Assembly (NCBI RefSeq): GCF_031424035.1
Contig: NZ_JANPGP010000070.1
Location: 65,482 to 129,481 of the forward strand
Direction of reading: 5' to 3'
Length of the DNA stretch: 64,000 nt
DNA from: Novosphingobium sp.
GTDB lineage: Bacteria > Pseudomonadota > Alphaproteobacteria > Sphingomonadales > Sphingomonadaceae
In this document: positions 58,338-64,000 of the stretch, piece by piece
Layout of the letters: the number at the start of each line of letters is the position of its first letter
Numbering within the stretch: the first letter of the stretch is position 1
The notes under the pieces: model-generated
Told to the model about the DNA's origin: nothing
Databases searched by the model: none
Seen by the model: only the letters and a program-made list of their open reading frames with translations
Translations under genes and position numbers: made by a program

Positions 58338-59560
58338 TGGGAGAGATTCTGTTCCTCGCCCACCGCATCCCGTTCCCGCCCGACCGGGGCGACAAGATCC
58401 GCTCGCACCATGTACTGAAAGCACTGGCGAAGCTTGGTCCGGTCCATGTCGCGACTTTCGCCGATGACGAAAACGATGCCGAAGCCCAGCGCGATCTGGA
58501 AGCTCTGGCGCGAACCAGCTTTGTGGCAGAGCGCACGAAGCCGATGTGGCGCGCCGGGGCAGAGGCCGTTCTCCGGCGCCAGCCAGTCAGCCTGACCGCC
58601 TTTCACGATCCCGCTATCGAACAGTTTGTTGAGCGCACGCTCCGCACGCGCGACATTTCGGCGATCTACGTCTTCTCGGGCCAGATGGGACAATATGTCC
58701 CCGCTGACTGGCGCGGGAGGCTGGTGATCGATTTCGTCGATGTCGATTCGGCCAAGTTCGAAGCCTATGCTCAAGTAGGCAATCCGGCGATGCGTCTGAT
58801 CAATGCGCGCGAGGGCCGGGTACTCAAGGTTGAGGAGAACCGCCTCGCCGCCCGCGCCGACACCAGCCTTCTCGTGTCGCACGAGGAGGCTAAGCTTTTT
58901 GCCAGCCGGCTTTCGGTGCCGGCGCGCGTCGAGGCGCTGGAGAACGGAATTGATTCGGCGACTTTCGACCCATTTTCTACGCTGCCGGACACAGTCTTTG
59001 CTGGCCTGCCCGGGCACAAGATCGTGTTCACCGGGCAGATGGACTACGCGCCCAATGTAGCCGCTGTCCTGCGGGCCGCGCGCAGTCTGTTGCCGCGCAT
59101 CCGCTCGGTCATTCCCGGCGCGCAGCTTCATATCATCGGTCGCAATCCGACCGCGCAGGTCAAGGCGCTCGACGGCGTCGATGGCTGCCGGGTCTGGGGC
59201 AGGGTCGATTCCATGCCCGCCTATTTGCGCGCGGCTGACCTCGCGCTCGTCCCGCTAGAAATCGCGCGCGGGGTACAGAACAAGGTGCTGGAGGCGATGG
59301 CGATGGCCGTGCCCGTCGTCGCCTCAGAAGGCGCAGCTACCGGAATAGGCGCGCAGCACGGGCGCGAGATCATGATTGGTGAGGACGACGACGCACTTGT
59401 CCGCCACACCATTACCCTGCTGCGCGACCGTCAGCGTGCGAAGACCATGGGGCTAGCCGCGCGGCGCTACCTGCAGGACCGCCGCTCGTGGCAGGCAGTT
59501 CTGGCGCCGCTTCCTGGAATCCTCGGGATGACCGGGCAGGGTGAGAGCCATGCCGCCTGA
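58337..59560 (+). CDS. GT4-type glycosyltransferase, XrtA system
   Basis: LAHRIPFPPDRGDKIRS, DFVDVDS, FTGQMDY, RGVQNKVLEAMA. Confidence 0.9.
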   Translation: MGEILFLAHRIPFPPDRGDKIRSHHVLKALAKLGPVHVATFADDENDAEAQRDLEALARTSFVAERTKPMWRAGAEAVLRRQPVSLTAFHDPAIEQFVERTLRTRDISAIYVFSGQMGQYVPADWRGRLVIDFVDVDSAKFEAYAQVGNPAMRLINAREGRVLKVEENRLAARADTSLLVSHEEAKLFASRLSVPARVEALENGIDSATFDPFSTLPDTVFAGLPGHKIVFTGQMDYAPNVAAVLRAARSLLPRIRSVIPGAQLHIIGRNPTAQVKALDGVDGCRVWGRVDSMPAYLRAADLALVPLEIARGVQNKVLEAMAMAVPVVASEGAATGIGAQHGREIMIGEDDDALVRHTITLLRDRQRAKTMGLAARRYLQDRRSWQAVLAPLPGILGMTGQGESHAA

Positions 59561-61109
59561 AGCGCCGGCCATCGACTTTCCCCGCACTTATATCGACCGA
59601 ATCCCGGCGCATTGGCGTGAACCGGCGGCGGGGCTGGCCGTTTCCTGGCTCCTGCTGATCACCTGCTTTGCACGCGATTGGGCGGCGATGTTCGACCAAT
59701 GGTGGAACATTTCGACTTATACCCACGTGCTGCTTGTCCCGCCGATCATCGGTTGGCTGGTCTGGCAACGCTGGCCGCAACTGCGCGAAATGACGCCAAT
59801 CGGCTGGCGGACCGGCCTTTGGTTATTTGCCTGTGCTGCGATCCTTTGGGTGCTGGGGGCCTTTTCGGGATTCAATCTGATTCGACAGTGCGCAGCCGTC
59901 GCTATGCTGGGTGCAAGCGCACTGGCCATTCTCGGCCCTAAAGTTGGCCGGGCGCTCCTATTTCCGCTGGGCTACATGGCATTCCTCGTGCCCTTCGGCG
60001 ACGAGCTGGTACCAGCATTGCAGATGATCACCGCTGAAATGGTGATTCTGCTGACTCACTTGTCCGCCATTCCCGCCGTGATTGACGGCGTCTTCATTGA
60101 TACGCCCGCGGGCCTGTTCGAAGTGGCAGAGGCCTGTTCGGGGGTAAAATTCCTCATCGCCATGATCGCCTTTGGCGTGCTGGCGGCGCATGTCTGTTTC
60201 ATCAGCTGGAAACGGCGCATTGCCTTCCTTGTTCTGGCGATAGCCGCGCCGATCCTGGCCAACGGGGTACGCGCCTGGGCGACGATCTACGTCGCGCAGT
60301 TCAAGGGCGCCGAATATGCCACCGGCTTCGATCACATCGTCTACGGGTGGTTCTTTTTCGCGCTGGTGATCGCGCTGGTCATCGTGCTGGGCTGGCATTT
60401 TTTCGACCGTCCGCCCGGTGCGCCGATGATCGATGGCGAGGCTATCCTTGCCTCGCCGCTGCTCGATCGCTGGTCGCGGCGCTCGGTCGGCATCCGCCCG
60501 GCGCTGGTCATCATGGGCTTGGCCGTACTTGGCGCGACGAGCTGGGCGATGGCGGCCGAGCGGCTGTCCGCGCGTTTGCCCGAACAGCTGTTCCTGCCTG
60601 ACGTCCCTGGATGGCAGCGCGCCGACTATGCGCCGCAAGCCCCTTGGGAGCCCCGCGCTTCCGGTGCGGAACACCGTCTGCTGGGCCGCTATGCGAATGC
60701 GCAGGGTGAGACTGTGGACGTTTTCTATGCGCTCTATTCGGGCCAGTCCGAAGGGCGCGAGGCCGGCGGCTTTGGCGAGGGCGCGCTGATGCCGCAATCC
60801 GAATGGTCGTGGCTTTCGCCGGGTCCGGCGCTTGATGCTTCAAAGGCAGACCGGCTGCTGGCACGCGGCCAAATCGAGCGGGTTGCCTTTACATGGTACC
60901 GCAGCGGCGGAACGCTCACTGGCAGCAATTTCCGCCTGAAATTGGCCAACACGCTGGATCGTCTGCTTTTGCGATCGCGGCCGACTGCCGTGCTTATTAT
61001 TTCCTCGGAAAAGACGGGAACCCTGAAGCCTGAAGCCAGCGTCGCGCGCTTCCAATCCGCCATCGGCCCTGTCGACGTGTGGATGGACCGCGTCGGCGCG
61101 ATCCGGTAG
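59550..61109 (+). CDS. xrtA: Exosortase A with C-terminal EpsI domain
   Basis: Multi-TM; Cys/Arg/His triad in VAEACSG, ANGVRA and GFDHIVYGW; periplasmic C-terminal domain. Confidence 0.9.
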   Translation: MPPEAPAIDFPRTYIDRIPAHWREPAAGLAVSWLLLITCFARDWAAMFDQWWNISTYTHVLLVPPIIGWLVWQRWPQLREMTPIGWRTGLWLFACAAILWVLGAFSGFNLIRQCAAVAMLGASALAILGPKVGRALLFPLGYMAFLVPFGDELVPALQMITAEMVILLTHLSAIPAVIDGVFIDTPAGLFEVAEACSGVKFLIAMIAFGVLAAHVCFISWKRRIAFLVLAIAAPILANGVRAWATIYVAQFKGAEYATGFDHIVYGWFFFALVIALVIVLGWHFFDRPPGAPMIDGEAILASPLLDRWSRRSVGIRPALVIMGLAVLGATSWAMAAERLSARLPEQLFLPDVPGWQRADYAPQAPWEPRASGAEHRLLGRYANAQGETVDVFYALYSGQSEGREAGGFGEGALMPQSEWSWLSPGPALDASKADRLLARGQIERVAFTWYRSGGTLTGSNFRLKLANTLDRLLLRSRPTAVLIISSEKTGTLKPEASVARFQSAIGPVDVWMDRVGAIR

Positions 61110-61120
61110 GCGCGCGGCAT

Positions 61121-63016
61121 ATGTGTGGAATTGCAGGAATTTTCCATCTCGAAACCCCAAAGCCGGTCGATCCGGCGCGGGTGGAAAAGATGTGCGACGC
61201 GATCGCGCACCGCGGGCCCGATGGCTCCGGGGTCTGGACCGCGCCGGGCGTCGGTCTAGGCCACCGGCGCCTGTCGATCATAGATCTCGCCGGCTCGCCG
61301 CAGCCCATGGCCTCGACCGATGGCCGCGCGATGCTGGTGTTCAACGGCGAGATTTACAATTACCGCGAACTTCGCGCCGAACTGGCCGGTCATGGCGCCG
61401 TATTCCACACCGATGGCGACAGCGAGGTCATTCTCGCCGCATGGCAGAAATGGGGGCCTGACTGCCTGCCCAAGCTGCACGGGATGTTCGCCTTCGCCAT
61501 CTACGACCAGCCGAGCCGGCAGCTTTTCCTAGCCCGTGACCGGTTCGGGGTGAAGCCGCTGTTCCACGCCTCGCTGAGCGACGGAAGTGTAATTTTCGGT
61601 TCCGAACTCAAGGCTTTGCTCGCCCATCCGCTGCTGCGGCGCGAGGTCGATCCGCTGGCGATCGAGGATTACCTCGCTTGGGGTTATGTCCCAGACACGC
61701 GCTCGATCATCAAGGGCGTGCGCAAACTGCCGGCGGCGCATTCACTTCTACTGGCGCACGGCAAGCCGCTACCTGAGCCGAAGCGCTGGTGGGACATCTC
61801 CTTTGCTGATCGTCACAAGGGCAAGGAAGCCGATCTCGAAGCGGAATTGCTGCACTTGCTGGGCCAGGCCGTAACTTCACGCATGGCTGCCGATGTGCCG
61901 CTGGGCGCGTTCCTGTCAGGCGGTGTCGACAGCTCCAGCGTGGTCGCGCTGATGGCGGAAAGCAGCAGCCAGCCGGTCAAAACCTGCTCGATCGGCTTCG
62001 ACGCCAAGGGTCTCGATGAGAGCAATTATGCGGCGCAGGTAGCAAAGCGCTTCGCCACCGATCACCGCGCCCGCAAGGTTTCGCCTGACGACTTCGAAGA
62101 GATCGACACGCTCGTCGCCATGTTCGACGAGCCGTTTGCCGATGCCTCGGCGCTGCCCACCTGGCGCGTTTGCCAGCTGGCGCGGGAATCGGTCACGGTG
62201 GCGCTTTCGGGCGACGGTGCGGATGAAGCGCTGGGCGGATATCGCCGGCACCGCTTCCAGTTGAATGAGGACCGGTTGCGCGGGCTACTACCGCAAAGCA
62301 TCCGCTCGCCCTTGTTCGGCTCGCTTGCGTCGGTATGGCCCAAGGTTGACTGGGCACCGCGTCCGCTCCGCGCGAAATCCACATTTGAATCGCTCGCCTC
62401 GTCGAGCGAGGCGGCTTACGCGAAGTCGCTCTGCGTGATGGCGCCGGGCCTGCGTGACAGCCTGTACAGCCCTGATTACCTCACCCTGCGCGGGAATTAC
62501 CGCGCCGAGCAGCCGATGATCGAGCTGATGCGCGGAGCACCCGCTCGTTCAGGGCTGGACAAGGCGCAATATGCCGATCTGGCGTTTTGGCTGCCCGGCG
62601 ACATTCTGACCAAGGTTGACCGCGCTAGCATGGCGGTGGGACTTGAAGCACGCGAACCGTTGCTCGATCATCGCCTCGTTGAATTTGCGGCACGCCTGCC
62701 AGAGCGGATGCGTATTCGCGGCATGGACGGCAAATGGCTGATGAAAAAAACCATGTCGCGGCATTTACCCGACGATATCCTCTATCGACCGAAACAGGGC
62801 TTCGTCACGCCGATCGCTGAGTGGTTCCGCGGGCCTCTGGCCGGTGAGGCCCGAGGCATCGCCAAGGGCGCAGCGCTGGCCCGCACGGGGTGGATGGTGC
62901 CGGAACGAGTCGCCCAGATGGCCGAAGCGCATATCGGTGGGCGAAGTGACCATTCGCGCACCCTTTGGCAGCTGCTGATGCTTGAAAAATCGCTCACCCA
63001 GCTCGGCCTCGCCTGA
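61121..63016 (+). CDS. Asparagine synthase-like glutamine amidotransferase, XrtA system
   Basis: MCGIAG at ATG 61121, HRGPD, HRRLSIID, NGEIYN, LSGGVDSS, SGDGADE, KVDRASM. Confidence 0.92.
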   Translation: MCGIAGIFHLETPKPVDPARVEKMCDAIAHRGPDGSGVWTAPGVGLGHRRLSIIDLAGSPQPMASTDGRAMLVFNGEIYNYRELRAELAGHGAVFHTDGDSEVILAAWQKWGPDCLPKLHGMFAFAIYDQPSRQLFLARDRFGVKPLFHASLSDGSVIFGSELKALLAHPLLRREVDPLAIEDYLAWGYVPDTRSIIKGVRKLPAAHSLLLAHGKPLPEPKRWWDISFADRHKGKEADLEAELLHLLGQAVTSRMAADVPLGAFLSGGVDSSSVVALMAESSSQPVKTCSIGFDAKGLDESNYAAQVAKRFATDHRARKVSPDDFEEIDTLVAMFDEPFADASALPTWRVCQLARESVTVALSGDGADEALGGYRRHRFQLNEDRLRGLLPQSIRSPLFGSLASVWPKVDWAPRPLRAKSTFESLASSSEAAYAKSLCVMAPGLRDSLYSPDYLTLRGNYRAEQPMIELMRGAPARSGLDKAQYADLAFWLPGDILTKVDRASMAVGLEAREPLLDHRLVEFAARLPERMRIRGMDGKWLMKKTMSRHLPDDILYRPKQGFVTPIAEWFRGPLAGEARGIAKGAALARTGWMVPERVAQMAEAHIGGRSDHSRTLWQLLMLEKSLTQLGLA

Positions 63017-63054
63017 CAAGTGAATGGAGTTCCAGCGGAATTCCGGCAGGGACA

Positions 63055-63072
63055 ATGGTAAGCAGATTTTAA
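63055..63072 (-). promoter_or_regulatory. Candidate CtrA box
   Basis: Minus strand TTAA-aatctgc-TTACCAT, near the TTAA-N7-TTAAC consensus, upstream of the ATG at 63121. Confidence 0.4.
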
Positions 63073-63120
63073 ACCAATTTTCCTACAGTCCTGTTGTTAT
63101 GGATCCAAACTGAGCAGGAA

Positions 63121-64000
63121 ATGCGGGCGTTTCTTAAAAAACCCCTTGTGATTGCGACACTTGTCGCATGCCTGTTCGGGCTGCTGAAGCTTGGCCAGCC
63201 GATTGATCATGCATACTGGAATGCCCGTTTCCGCCTGGAAAGGATCGAGGCACCGCAGTCGATCATCCTCGTCACGACCCCGCGGGGCTCCCGCTATACC
63301 GAATTGTCTGACGTCGCGCAGGCTAATCTGATCGAACAAGTGGTCGCACAAGCGCCCAAGGCGATCTATTTCGATCAGCCGATCAATTTCGGAGCGGAGA
63401 GCGAGACCGCGAAAGAGATCCGGGCGCTCGGTTCCAAGATCACTGTCGTGACCCGGCCTGCCAGCGTCGAGCGATTTGATCCGGAAGCTGTCCAGATCCC
63501 TGATCGCAGCGTTATCGGTGACGCGCGGGTCGCCTATTCGGGCTGGTTCGTAAACTTCCTGAGCTACGCCCAAGGCTCGCCTAACGCCGTAAAGGCGGGT
63601 GGAAAGGTCTATCCTTCGCTCGCGGTTGATCTGGCAGGCGGCGAGGCATCACCCAGCGCTTACTTCATTCCCAATTTTGCGGTTGATCCGGAATCGATCC
63701 GCATCGTTTCTGCGCGCCAATTGTCATCCGGCGAGATCGCAACCGGCTTGTTGACCGGCCGGTCAGTGATCATTTCGGCAGACCGCACGGCGGCTGACTC
63801 GCAGATTGGGTACTTCGGGCATGGCCGGGTCAATCCTGTTGCCATGGACATTGCCGGTGCCGTCAGTGTTAGCGCTGCCCGCAGCAACAACATTGGCGAC
63901 CTGCCGATGCTCTTTGTATTTGTGCTGGGGGCCCTGGCAATTTCGCGGATAGGCCACACGCACTTCCGCCGGTCGGCCTATGCGGTCCTGGCGATCGGGG
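63121..64000 (+). CDS. Partial (3'-truncated) CHASE2-like membrane sensor protein
   Basis: Open frame from ATG 63121 to the window end, absent from the ORF track: MRAFLKKPLVIATLVACLFG...IILV...ANLIEQV...PKAIYFD...YPSLAV...LTGRSVII, then hydrophobic helices. Confidence 0.6.
   Translation, partial: MRAFLKKPLVIATLVACLFGLLKLGQPIDHAYWNARFRLERIEAPQSIILVTTPRGSRYTELSDVAQANLIEQVVAQAPKAIYFDQPINFGAESETAKEIRALGSKITVVTRPASVERFDPEAVQIPDRSVIGDARVAYSGWFVNFLSYAQGSPNAVKAGGKVYPSLAVDLAGGEASPSAYFIPNFAVDPESIRIVSARQLSSGEIATGLLTGRSVIISADRTAADSQIGYFGHGRVNPVAMDIAGAVSVSAARSNNIGDLPMLFVFVLGALAISRIGHTHFRRSAYAVLAIG

Overview
GC-rich alphaproteobacterial chromosome segment; gene content and repeat families suggest a sphingomonad such as Novosphingobium (inference). 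No rRNA, tRNA, CRISPR array, IS transposase or prophage was seen. From left to right: (1) 1-7665, an orphan cluster with an MmgE/PrpD protein, a secreted diheme cytochrome c with MauG-like features plus a coupled OmpA-domain partner, two MFS transporters and an atypical P450; (2) 7667-12587, a ferC-ferBA ferulate module with an aromatic-acid MFS; (3) 12782-17462, a fused TPP-dependent E1 alpha/beta, a free-standing lipoyl domain and a fused double acyl-CoA dehydrogenase; (4) 17573-24084, glcB, a crotonase, a glyoxylate reductase, a glycerate 3-kinase-like protein, a VOC protein and hppD; (5) 24301-34457, oxidoreductases and a LysR-controlled leucine/isovalerate operon interrupted by a DUF559 (Vsr-like) nuclease gene that carries three palindromic repeats translated in frame; (6) 34468-44405, CoA transferase, SDR, EthD, SnoaL, gabD, an EmrA/OMF pair, a phosphatase, a hydrolase and trxB; (7) 44406-63016, an exosortase A (PEP-CTERM)-associated exopolysaccharide locus with an ACP/ligase/decarboxylase module; (8) a truncated CHASE2-like gene. 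The best candidates for undescribed systems are the DUF559-palindromic repeat cassette and the diheme enzyme/partner/atypical P450 cluster. All calls come from motif recognition by eye; no database searches were run.
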